Shown one piece after another: positions 1 to 7,306 of a DNA stretch of 15,411 nt. The position numbers and the translations under genes were made by a program. The notes below the pieces were generated by a model, which worked only from the letters and a program-made list of their open reading frames with translations, did not search any database and was not told where the DNA came from. Numbering within the stretch: position 1 is the stretch's first letter; every line of letters begins with the position of its first letter. The stretch comes from Oligoflexia bacterium (GTDB taxonomy: Bacteria > Bdellovibrionota_B > Oligoflexia > Oligoflexales > JAGOVF01), in assembly GCA_030432875.1 (NCBI GenBank), contig JAUILP010000084.1, forward strand, positions 1 to 15,411, written 5' to 3'.

Positions 1-35
1 GATCCGACCTGTCGAAACCAAGATAGGAGAACAAA

Positions 36-257
36 ATGAAAAGCAGATCATCATGTCGCGCCAATAACTCTGAATTGCAAACCGTCCTAACAGCCACGGA
101 AGTAGCGCAGTACCTCAAAGTCAAGGAGGGAACATTACGCAACTGGGTGTATAAGAGTCAGATTCCTCATATTAAGGTCAATGGCGCTCTACGCTTCCGT
201 ATTCAGGACATTGACAAGTGGATGGACAAGAGCACGATCGAAGCAGAATCGTATTAG
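36..257 (+). CDS. Excisionase/AlpA-family helix-turn-helix DNA-binding protein (putative Xis/regulator of the integrative element)
   Basis: 73-aa ORF with an AGGAGA Shine-Dalgarno 6 nt upstream of ATG 36. The core LTATEVAQYLKVKEGTLRNWVYKSQIPHIKVNGALRFRIQDIDKWM is typical of excisionase-family HTH (AlpA/Xis-like) proteins. It lies immediately upstream of, and co-oriented with, a tyrosine integrase. Confidence 0.7.
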   Translation: MKSRSSCRANNSELQTVLTATEVAQYLKVKEGTLRNWVYKSQIPHIKVNGALRFRIQDIDKWMDKSTIEAESY

Positions 258-373
258 CTTATTAAAGATAAACCAGAAAAATGCTAAGCTCCCTTAATCG
301 CAAAATGCCGCGGTAGCTCTTTGAAAACCAGATAGTGTGTGACTTTTAGGGAGCCCTCTACAAGGAGGTGCTC

Positions 374-1477
374 ATGTCTATCCAAAAGCGTGTATACACG
401 AAAAAGAATGGCAAAGTTACAGTTTCCTATAAAGCCGTTGTTACCCAAGCAAATGGCAAACAAGTATCCAAATCGTTTCCTCGTAAGGTTGATGCGGATC
501 GGTGGGAAGCTGATATGAAACTAAAACTAGGATCAGGAGAATTTGTTGTAACGAGTACAAAGTATCCTTTCAGGCCGTATTCCGGATACTGGATTGAGAG
601 CTATGCTGAAAGGCATAAGTCCCCATCTTCTGTCGTAAGAGACAAAGGATATTTAAAGAAGCAATTGCTTCCTGAATTCGGCGATGTCCCTTTGAACAAG
701 ATTAAGCCCAAGCATGTGGAAAGATGGCTTTCCGAATTACAGAAGGATTTGTCTCCTAAAACATGTAACGGCGCACTTGGCTTACTAAAGAAAATGCTTA
801 ACGATGCTGTTCGGTGGGAGTTCATTTCAGTAAATCCCATTCAGCACGTAAAACGACTGAGATTGCCAGAACGTGACTTAGAATTCTTGACAAGAGTTCA
901 AGTGAATCTATTTCTAAGTCTGATTTGGGAGGCTGAATCCGTACTATACCCACTTTTTGCGACAGCGGTTTTTACGGGCCTTAGGCGAGGTGAAATGAAG
1001 GGGTTGAAATGGGACTGCATAGACTTCGATACTGGACTGCTTACGGTGAAGCGTTCGTTTTGCTTTAAATCAGGTAAGCTTAAGGATGAAACGAAAAGTA
1101 AACGTATTCGTCGCGTCCCGATGAATCAAACCTTGATACGCATTCTTCGTGAACATCGTCTCAAAACCGAAGGAGAATTCGTTTTCCCCGGTATAGACTT
1201 TGGTCATGTTCACAGGACGATGAAACGGCTCACAAAAAAGGCCGAAGTACCGCCGGTAACTTTTCATGGATTGAGACATACATTTGCCTCCAATTTCATG
1301 ATGAGTGGTGGTTCAATCTACGACCTTCAGAAGATGCTTGGTCACTCAACGATTCAGATGACAGAACGCTACAGCCATCTCTCCCCGGATCATTTATCGG
1401 GTAAAACAGAGATTTTGGATTTTGGTGATTCTCATGGAAGGTCCAAAGTCGTGGAGTTCAGGCAAAATAAAAGCTGA
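374..1477 (+). CDS. int: Site-specific tyrosine recombinase/integrase, P4-like with N-terminal arm-type DNA-binding domain
   Basis: The six-frame ORF is 368..1477, but ATG 374 has a perfect AAGGAGG 5 nt upstream, so the start is taken as 374. The N-terminus (VYTKKNGKVTVSYKAVV...KSFPRKVDADRWEADMK) looks like an Arm/AP2-type integrase DNA-binding domain. The C-terminus carries the catalytic signature R (GLRRGE), HxxR (HGLRHTFAS) and Y (TERYSHL). It ends about 70 bp from the 3' end of ssrA, the classic arrangement for an island integrase. Confidence 0.9.
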   Translation: MSIQKRVYTKKNGKVTVSYKAVVTQANGKQVSKSFPRKVDADRWEADMKLKLGSGEFVVTSTKYPFRPYSGYWIESYAERHKSPSSVVRDKGYLKKQLLPEFGDVPLNKIKPKHVERWLSELQKDLSPKTCNGALGLLKKMLNDAVRWEFISVNPIQHVKRLRLPERDLEFLTRVQVNLFLSLIWEAESVLYPLFATAVFTGLRRGEMKGLKWDCIDFDTGLLTVKRSFCFKSGKLKDETKSKRIRRVPMNQTLIRILREHRLKTEGEFVFPGIDFGHVHRTMKRLTKKAEVPPVTFHGLRHTFASNFMMSGGSIYDLQKMLGHSTIQMTERYSHLSPDHLSGKTEILDFGDSHGRSKVVEFRQNKS

Positions 1478-1527
1478 CTCGTTCTTGCCAAAATCTTGCC
1501 AAAAACTAGAGTCAGCCTTCATTTTCC
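1462..1527. terminator. Bidirectional hairpin between int and ssrA: 8-bp inverted repeat GCTGACTC/GAGTCAGC (1473-1480 and 1509-1516) with T-rich flanks on both strands
   Basis: Seen in sequence. On the minus strand the stem is followed by TTTTATTTTG (complement of 1461-1470), which would terminate the tmRNA transcript. On the plus strand it is followed by CTTCATTTTCC, a weak int terminator. The loop is large (28 nt) and contains the tandem repeat listed separately, so the hairpin may instead be a protein-binding structure. Confidence 0.35.
1483..1504. repeat. Perfect tandem direct repeat of TCTTGCCAAAA (2 copies of 11 bp)
   Basis: Seen in sequence at 1483-1493 and 1494-1504, inside the loop of the 1473/1516 inverted repeat and between the int stop and the tmRNA 3' end. 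Candidate arm-type integrase binding sites (inference). Confidence 0.6.
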
Positions 1528-1548
1528 AAGTAATTTTAAACACTTACT

Positions 1549-1905
1549 TGGTGGAGGCGGCGGGAATCGAACCCGCGTCCAAATACGGAACCCTTAAGGC
1601 GGCTACATGCTTAGCCCCCATATTTTGTCTTATCCTTTAAACGCCCACGGGCAGGCTTTTAAAGGAGCAGCCTGATTAATTTCAGTTAAAAAAACTCCAG
1701 ACGGAAGTTTCTTCACCTACGCTGTCGAAATGACACCTTCCAGAGAGTGACAGCACCCCTAAGGTCGATGGCTGCAATTAAGCAGCTTGAGCGTATAAAT
1801 CGTTGCCGATTAAACGTTGAATCGCCTTTAATAACCGGGTCACGATTCCACCCCGGACATGCTCCTTAATGAATCCTGCGTACCTGTCAAAACCAGGACG
1901 CCCCC
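1549..1905 (-). ncRNA. ssrA: tmRNA (transfer-messenger RNA, SsrA), one-piece, 357 nt
   Basis: The minus strand reads 5'-GGGGGCGTCCTGGTTTTGACAGG...GGACGCGGGTTCGATTCCCGCCGCCTCCACCA-3'. A 7-bp acceptor stem (GGGGGCG/CGCCUCC) contains the G3:U wobble that is the alanine identity element. It has a canonical T-arm (GCGGG-TTCGATT-CCCGC) and an encoded CCA. An internal tag reading frame (GGC AAC GAT TTA TAC GCT CAA GCT GCT TAA) aligns with the E. coli tag region, which ends GCAGCUUAA. Confidence 0.92.
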
Positions 1906-1911
1906 ATACTA

Positions 1912-1947
1912 CCTAAGATCATACCTTATTTATTTATTTGAGGCTAA
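1912..1947 (-). promoter_or_regulatory. Putative ssrA promoter (-10 TATGAT at 1918-1923 on minus strand, weak -35 TTAGCC)
   Basis: TATGAT lies 12 nt upstream of the tmRNA 5' end, which is consistent with a pre-tmRNA leader removed by RNase P. The -35 element is poor. Position-based inference only. Confidence 0.3.
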
Positions 1948-2003
1948 TGGATGTCTCCTGTAAACGCTAATTTTATAAAATGACTTGGATTTCTTAATTA
2001 GCC

Positions 2004-2033
2004 TTGCCCCCAGAGCTTAAGTCATCCTAAAAT
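2004..2033 (+). promoter_or_regulatory. Putative deoB promoter: TTGCCC - 18 nt - TAAAAT
   Basis: Seen in sequence about 45 nt upstream of ATG 2077. An alternative -10, TATACT, lies at 2043-2048. The deoB ribosome-binding site is weak (AGAGA). Confidence 0.3.
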
Positions 2034-2076
2034 AAGAAGCTTTATACTATGACACCTTTTTTCTTAGAGAAATCAC

Positions 2077-3300
2077 ATGTTCCACCGCACAATACTCATA
2101 GTTCTTGACTCCTTAGGGGTTGGCGCTGCTCAGGATGCCGCTCGGTTTGGTGACGAAGGGGCACATACTCTCGGTTCCATCAGTCATTGGTGCGAAAAAA
2201 ATGGCCAAAAATTTTCTTTACCGCATATGAGTGAAATGGGACTTGGCCAGATTTATCTGGGTTATGGCATAAGTACCCCGAGCAAAGCCACCGGAGCAAC
2301 CGCCATCCTTGAAGAACTCTCTCCAGGAAAAGATACGTCAACCGGCCACTGGGAATTAGCGGGAACACCCCTAATTAAAGAATTTCCCACCTATCCTGAT
2401 GGGTTTCCGCAAAAACTATTAGACACTTGGGTCAAAGAAAATAATTTACCCGGCTATCTTGGCAATTACGCCGCATCTGGAACTACCATCCTTGATGAAT
2501 TGGGCGAGGAGCATATTGCTTCAGGTAAACCTATTGTTTATACCTCTGCGGATAGCGTTTTTCAAATCGCCGCCTCGGAAGAGGCTTTTGGTCTAAAACG
2601 GTTATATGAGGTATCTGAAAGTGCGCGAAAACTGCTCGACCCACTCGGTGTTGGACGCGTTATTGCCCGGCCCTTTGGCGGCAAATCACGAGGATCTTTT
2701 AAAAGAACAGAAAATCGCAGAGATTATTCGGTACCCCCACCCTACCCCAATCTCCTCGATGTCCTGCGTGAAAACGATCAGTTTGTTGCTGGGGTGGGAA
2801 AAATAGAAGATATTTATGCACATCGCTCCGTCAATATTGTTAAGCATACCGGGCGCAATGAAACGAGTATGGAGGCAACACTAGAAAGCTTACAAGCATT
2901 AAAGCAGGAAAAAGGTCTCATCTTTACCAATCTTATCGATTTTGATCAGCTCCATGGCCATCGGCGCAACCCCAAAACCTATGCCGAGGCACTCATGGAT
3001 TTTGATAATTTTTTACCCACACTTGCTCAAGCAATGGACACAAATGAATTGCTCCTCCTTACCGCAGATCATGGCAACGACCCTACATTTAAAGGCTCGG
3101 ATCATACTCGTGAAAATGTTCCGCTTATGATCTTTTCCAAGCACCCTGCTTTTAAACCACAGTATCTTGGCCAGTACCGCGGATTTAACACCGTTGCTCG
3201 GCTAATACTCGAAGCCCAGGCGCTTTCTTCCGCAGTAGCACGCATAGCAGATTTAAATACCACCGATTCCATTTTAGAAAAAATAATAGGACAAATATGA
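2077..3300 (+). CDS. deoB: Phosphopentomutase
   Basis: The 407-aa product aligns with E. coli DeoB along its whole length. Shared motifs include VLDSxGxGAxxDAxRFGDxGAxTLG, GYLGN, SGTxILDxLGEEH, GKPIxYTSADSVFQIA, VIARPF and LTADHGxDPT. Confidence 0.93.
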   Translation: MFHRTILIVLDSLGVGAAQDAARFGDEGAHTLGSISHWCEKNGQKFSLPHMSEMGLGQIYLGYGISTPSKATGATAILEELSPGKDTSTGHWELAGTPLIKEFPTYPDGFPQKLLDTWVKENNLPGYLGNYAASGTTILDELGEEHIASGKPIVYTSADSVFQIAASEEAFGLKRLYEVSESARKLLDPLGVGRVIARPFGGKSRGSFKRTENRRDYSVPPPYPNLLDVLRENDQFVAGVGKIEDIYAHRSVNIVKHTGRNETSMEATLESLQALKQEKGLIFTNLIDFDQLHGHRRNPKTYAEALMDFDNFLPTLAQAMDTNELLLLTADHGNDPTFKGSDHTRENVPLMIFSKHPAFKPQYLGQYRGFNTVARLILEAQALSSAVARIADLNTTDSILEKIIGQI

Positions 3301-4655
3301 ATTTTAATACGGTCGCTCTGATTAAAAAAACACGCAATAAAACGGCACTAAGCTCCGATGAGATCAAATATTTGGTAGATGGCTTTTCCACTGGCAGCAT
3401 TCCTGATTATCAAATATCAGCTTGGCTTATGGCTGTTTTTTTAAACAGCATCAGTGTGGAAGAAACCAATACCTTAACCCAGCTCATGGCACATTCAGGC
3501 AAGATGATTGATTGGCGGAAAATCTCTCCGGCCTACCGCGATGCTCATATTGTCGATAAACACTCATCAGGAGGCATTGGTGACAAAGTCTCATTTATCC
3601 TCATTGGATTGTGTACGGCTATGGGTATGAAAATTCCTATGATGGGAGGACGTGGCCTTGGGCATACGGGAGGCACCATTGATAAATTGGAGTCCGTACC
3701 AGGATTCACCACAGAACTTGGCTTTAATGATTTAGAAAGACTTTTTTCCGAAGTAGGCAGCTATATTATGGGCCAGACGCAGGATATCTGCCCCGCCGAT
3801 AAAAAACTCTATAGCCTTCGCGATGTCACAGGAACCGTTGAAAGCTTGCCCCTAATAACCGCATCTATTGTGTCGAAAAAACTCGCCGAGGGTCTTGATG
3901 CAATCGTCTATGACGTCAAATGTGGTAGCGCTGCTTTTATGGAATCCCTTGCCGAGGCAAGAGCTCTTGCCCAGAGCCTTGTTCGTGTCACCCAAAAATC
4001 TGGGGTCAAAGCCAAAGCCTTGATCACACGCATGCAGGCTCCCCTTGGGGCTTACGTAGGAAATAGCCTCGAAGTACGCGAATCGTTAAATATATTAGGT
4101 AACGAATATCCAAGCGCCAACGATCGCCGCCTTGCCGAACCTTTAAAAAATTTGTGTGTTCAGCTTGCCGCTCATATGGCGGTCTTGTCTGGTTTGGGCA
4201 CGGATATGTCTGCTATGATAAACCTGGCTAAAGAAAAAATTAATGATGGCCAGGCTCTGCAAAAATTTAAAGCAATGGTAACGGCCCAAGGCGGTAAACC
4301 AGGTTGGGAAGAAAAATTACCGCAAAGCAAAAATAAACTCGTTCTTGAAGCACCTAAAAATGGCTATTTAGAAAGTTTTCATTCCCGAGGCTTAGGTCTT
4401 ATAGGCATAGAGCTTGGTATGGGGCGCAAAAAAGCTGATGATAAACTAAATTTTGGCGTTGGCTACAAAATATCGGTAGCAGAAGGGGATGAAGTTTTTA
4501 AAGGCCAGCCCCTACTCGAACTGTACCATGATGGCACCCACAACGAGGAAATGCTCCGCGATGAGCTTTTGCATTGCTTTGTCTTGAGTGATTCGCCCTC
4601 TCAGCAATTAAATGACAACCTCGTTATAGAAATAGTGGAAGGCGAACAAATTTAA
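3297..4655 (+). CDS. deoA: Thymidine phosphorylase / pyrimidine-nucleoside phosphorylase (glycosyltransferase family 3)
   Basis: The 452-aa product shows strong similarity to E. coli DeoA. Shared motifs include IVDKHSSGGIGDKVS, GRGLGHTGGTIDKLESVPGF and TASIVSKKLAEGLDAIVYDVKCGSAAF. The start overlaps the deoB stop (ATGA at 3297-3300), indicating translational coupling. Confidence 0.9.
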   Translation: MNFNTVALIKKTRNKTALSSDEIKYLVDGFSTGSIPDYQISAWLMAVFLNSISVEETNTLTQLMAHSGKMIDWRKISPAYRDAHIVDKHSSGGIGDKVSFILIGLCTAMGMKIPMMGGRGLGHTGGTIDKLESVPGFTTELGFNDLERLFSEVGSYIMGQTQDICPADKKLYSLRDVTGTVESLPLITASIVSKKLAEGLDAIVYDVKCGSAAFMESLAEARALAQSLVRVTQKSGVKAKALITRMQAPLGAYVGNSLEVRESLNILGNEYPSANDRRLAEPLKNLCVQLAAHMAVLSGLGTDMSAMINLAKEKINDGQALQKFKAMVTAQGGKPGWEEKLPQSKNKLVLEAPKNGYLESFHSRGLGLIGIELGMGRKKADDKLNFGVGYKISVAEGDEVFKGQPLLELYHDGTHNEEMLRDELLHCFVLSDSPSQQLNDNLVIEIVEGEQI

Positions 4656-4686
4656 CTTTTTTGGCTAGCGGCCTTAGGCTGTTCTG

Positions 4687-5130
4687 TTAGCGCAAAGAAT
4701 TTTTTAGCCAGGCCACAAAGGTATCTTTTGGCATCGCGCCACTTTGACGCGCGACTTCTTTGCCATTATTAAAAAGAACCAACGTCGGAATACCGCGAAT
4801 ACCAAAATTTTGCCCTGCCATAGGTTCAAGCTCAGTGTTGACTTTGGTAAAACAGACCGAACCAAAAAAGATAGGGGCCGTTTCTATAAAAATTGGGCCA
4901 AACATTTTGCATGGCCCACACCACTCCGCCCAAAAATCAACCACTAAAGGCATTTTTGCCGCGGCAATTAAATTGCTTAGTCCTTGGGTTGTGGCATTAC
5001 CCACCCCTTTTTCAAAGGGCAGGAAACTTTTGCATTTGGCGCAGCGCGTACGAGCTTCACTGCTTTTTTCTAAATTGATGCGATTGACTGAATGACAAGA
5101 AGAACAGGCACAATAAGTTAGTTGTGTCAT
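4687..5130 (-). CDS. trxC: Thioredoxin 2 (thioredoxin with N-terminal zinc-finger CxxC...CxxC extension)
   Basis: WCGPC active site. Similar to E. coli Trx2 (LPVVIDFWAPWCGPC, KVNTE, FGIRxIPT). The N-terminus has CSSC and CAKC pairs. An AGGGAGGA Shine-Dalgarno lies 7 nt upstream. Confidence 0.9.
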   Translation of the reverse strand: MTQLTYCACSSCHSVNRINLEKSSEARTRCAKCKSFLPFEKGVGNATTQGLSNLIAAAKMPLVVDFWAEWCGPCKMFGPIFIETAPIFFGSVCFTKVNTELEPMAGQNFGIRGIPTLVLFNNGKEVARQSGAMPKDTFVAWLKNSLR

Positions 5131-5181
5131 AGAATATCCTCCCTTTCAAGGCATTACCCTTACCAATAAAAAAGAGCCAAA

Positions 5182-5967
5182 CTACTTTGCCATGGGCAGA
5201 ATAATGCTGGTTCCCTGGCCATTGCCTACCACTAGAGGCGCTTTACCATCCCATTTTTCAACGATTTGTAGTTCAACGACGCCTTTATTTTCCCTAATGG
5301 CTTCACCCCTAACATGAATAGACTTTGCTTCTGCTTCTGCCTTAAGAAGCATAGTTTCAGCTTCTATTTGTGCTTTTTGCTTTATAAATTTTGCTTTTGA
5401 CGCTTCCTGCTCCTGAACCATTTTTGCCTCAATCGCTTGTTCTAGCTCCTTGGTGAGTTCTATATTTTCAAGTACGAGGTCTTCTAGATACAAAATTTCG
5501 CCGACTTTCTTTCGTGAAAAATCCAAAGCCTTTGTCTTGATCTCTTCACGCCTTTTGACAATATGCTCGGCTGATTCTGCTGCGGTAACTTCTTTTAAAG
5601 CTTCCTGAACCCGCGGAGCAATCAAATTGTCCATGGGATCCCCTTGAAATTCCATAAAAAGCTTTACAACCGACTGCTGCGGGATGCGGTATAAAACCTT
5701 TACTTTTATATCAACCTGCTGAAGGTCTGAGCTAAAGCACTCTGCCTTAATTTCTGCCGTACGCTGGCGAATAGGAATATGATACATAGTCGAAATTAGG
5801 GGTATTTTGAAATTTAGCCCTTCGGGATAAAAGGTTTTGTTGACGGAACCCAGGGTCACTAATATTCCGCGATATCCTGGCTGAATAATTTCATACGAGC
5901 CCATTATGACGATCAGAGCCAATATCCCAATAATCCCCGTAACTATAGTAGAAATTTTATAGTTCAT
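5182..5967 (-). CDS. SPFH/band-7 (prohibitin/HflC-like) membrane protein
   Basis: Start chosen at ATG 5967 (MNYKIST...) because it has an AGGAGGAGAGA Shine-Dalgarno, rather than the ORF-track start at 6024. The protein has an N-terminal transmembrane helix followed by an SPFH domain (GYRGILVTLGSV, KIPLIS, VDIKVKVLYRI) and a C-terminal coiled-coil region rich in E, K and A. Confidence 0.8.
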   Translation of the reverse strand: MNYKISTIVTGIIGILALIVIMGSYEIIQPGYRGILVTLGSVNKTFYPEGLNFKIPLISTMYHIPIRQRTAEIKAECFSSDLQQVDIKVKVLYRIPQQSVVKLFMEFQGDPMDNLIAPRVQEALKEVTAAESAEHIVKRREEIKTKALDFSRKKVGEILYLEDLVLENIELTKELEQAIEAKMVQEQEASKAKFIKQKAQIEAETMLLKAEAEAKSIHVRGEAIRENKGVVELQIVEKWDGKAPLVVGNGQGTSIILPMAK

Positions 5968-6079
5968 CGTTTCTCTCCTCCTGTGACAAAAAAAAACACG
6001 CGGCAAGCCAAAAAAGCTCCGCATGTGCCACCATAAGGCTTCTTATTATTTAGTTCCAGGGATTTTTTCCTGAACGAAC

Positions 6080-6112
6080 AAAAAAAAGCCGGGGGAACGA
6101 ATCCTACCGGCT
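6080..6112 (-). terminator. Rho-independent terminator downstream of the XRE regulator gene
   Basis: The minus strand reads AGCCGG-(14 nt)-CCGGCT followed by TTTTTTTT (A-run 6080-6087 on the plus strand). It lies 30 nt past the gene stop at 6142. Confidence 0.55.
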
Positions 6113-6141
6113 AATAATTAAGTTGGTATGTATTCTAATTT

Positions 6142-7065
6142 TTAAGAGGCCGTCTGAGGCTTCCAAAACTCGACAGTTTCTTCGTGCTTAGTATTAGCTT
6201 GATTAAGAGTTTCCGCAGTCCCGCTCATTCTATTCCGGGCTGCTCTTACTGTCTCGCCAATTTGAAAACTGACTAAGGTTTTAGGAACCCAAAAAAGCGC
6301 GGCAAGCTCTGCAACAATATTTTTCCTCGGGTCAATTTTAGCCATTTCTTCGGCGAACATAGGCTTTGGCACTAATAGAGAGGTAACGAAGACAAGTTCC
6401 TCATACTCAACCAAAGCCGGATCAGTGGTCTTGGCAAGCTCGGGAAAACGACTGCGTTCTGCTTCAAAGATAATTTTTGCCAAATCCTTCGCCATACTAA
6501 GACGTGTCTGCGGCTTTAAATCACCTTTTCTAAAATTAATGACATACTTTCCGGGTTTTAACCTAAGAATCCGGCTGAGCTTCTCAACCATTTCGACCGG
6601 CTGTGTCGTCACGAACGAAAAGAAACGCAAAACCTCGGGCAAATAAAGCGGTGGACTCGCAAAATCACATTGCCTATGCAGCTGTTCAATAAAATGCTCC
6701 ACGCGCTGCCGAGCCAAAAAAAGCTCATCTGGGCTGTGGTCTTTTATTTTCGCCAGAACCGACTCGATATGCTTAGCTTCATTATACTCAAAATAAGCTT
6801 CATCAAGCCCAATGACACTGCCAGCAATATCATATAAAAGGGTTTCTTCAACATTTAGGGCTTTAGACAGCTTAGCCAAAGCGAAAACGCTCCTCACATT
6901 TTTTTCGCCTCGCTTCCAGTGGCTACAATCAGAAGGATTGAAGTCGAGAATTTGCCCCACTTCTTGGTCATTTGTTTTACCGCTAGTGTTTTCATCCAAA
7001 ACTTTTTGGCAGAACTTAAAAAGTTCCACAGAATTGGGAAACTTAACATTCCCAGGACGCTTCAT
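6142..7065 (-). CDS. XRE-family (Cro/C1-type) helix-turn-helix transcriptional regulator with about 230-aa uncharacterized C-terminal domain
   Basis: Start taken at ATG 7065 (MKRPGNV...), which has a GAGGAGGGG Shine-Dalgarno. The upstream ATG 7095 has none. The N-terminal region TNDQEVGQILDFNPSDCSHWKRGEKNVRSVFALAKLSKALNVEE fits the XRE HTH pattern. The C-terminal domain has no HExxH motif, so it is not an obvious ImmA/IrrE peptidase. Confidence 0.6.
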   Translation of the reverse strand: MKRPGNVKFPNSVELFKFCQKVLDENTSGKTNDQEVGQILDFNPSDCSHWKRGEKNVRSVFALAKLSKALNVEETLLYDIAGSVIGLDEAYFEYNEAKHIESVLAKIKDHSPDELFLARQRVEHFIEQLHRQCDFASPPLYLPEVLRFFSFVTTQPVEMVEKLSRILRLKPGKYVINFRKGDLKPQTRLSMAKDLAKIIFEAERSRFPELAKTTDPALVEYEELVFVTSLLVPKPMFAEEMAKIDPRKNIVAELAALFWVPKTLVSFQIGETVRAARNRMSGTAETLNQANTKHEETVEFWKPQTAS

Positions 7066-7306
7066 TGCCCCTCCTCGCTCAATACGAGTTAGCAAAAGTT
7101 ACTGTAAATTTTGATCTATAGAGAAAGTATACCCTAGCAATTTAATTGTCGTCAATAGCTGGTGATGACATTCTTTAAAATATTTTTTTAGAATCTCGGA
7201 TCAATCAGTAAAAACATGAAAAATAGTGCGCAACCCCTGATTCTCAATCAAAGTGATCCTTTTGCGCTCAGGATGATGTCTTTAGTATTGGGGGAAGGCC
7301 TCGAGT

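Noticed and set aside
368-373. ORF-track start of the integrase at ATG 368
   Set aside because: ATG 374 is preceded by AAGGAGG at ideal spacing. ATG 368 would sit inside the Shine-Dalgarno.
601-1279. Minus-strand ORFs 601..840 and 1070..1279
   Set aside because: They are antisense and fully inside the integrase CDS, with no ribosome-binding sites and low-complexity translations.
1422-1640. 72-aa plus-strand ORF
   Set aside because: It overlaps the 3' half of the tmRNA gene and the structured int-ssrA spacer. It has no ribosome-binding site and is an artefact of the six-frame translation.
2180-3400. Internal and antisense ORFs within deoB and at the deoB/deoA junction (2180..2368-, 2606..2806+, 2942..3130+, 3185..3400-)
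   Set aside because: All are embedded in the well-supported deoB and deoA reading frames. The translations are typical out-of-frame artefacts.
4656-4686. Possible bidirectional terminator between convergent deoA and trxC
   Set aside because: It is a 31-bp gap with only short, imperfect palindromes (GCTAGC, GGCC) and no convincing stem plus U-run.
4744-5095. Three plus-strand ORFs antisense to trxC (4744..4947, 4760..5095, 4893..5078)
   Set aside because: The trxC frame has an unmistakable WCGPC thioredoxin fold and a zinc finger. The antisense frames have no ribosome-binding sites and are basic and low-complexity.
5968-6024. Upstream extension of the SPFH gene to ATG 6024 (MRSFFGLPRVFFCHRRRET...)
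   Set aside because: It has no Shine-Dalgarno. The internal ATG 5967 has AGGAGGAGAGA and starts right at the TM helix, as is typical for SPFH proteins.
6425-7114. Plus-strand ORFs 6425..6646 and 6812..7114
   Set aside because: They are antisense to the XRE regulator gene, with no ribosome-binding site.
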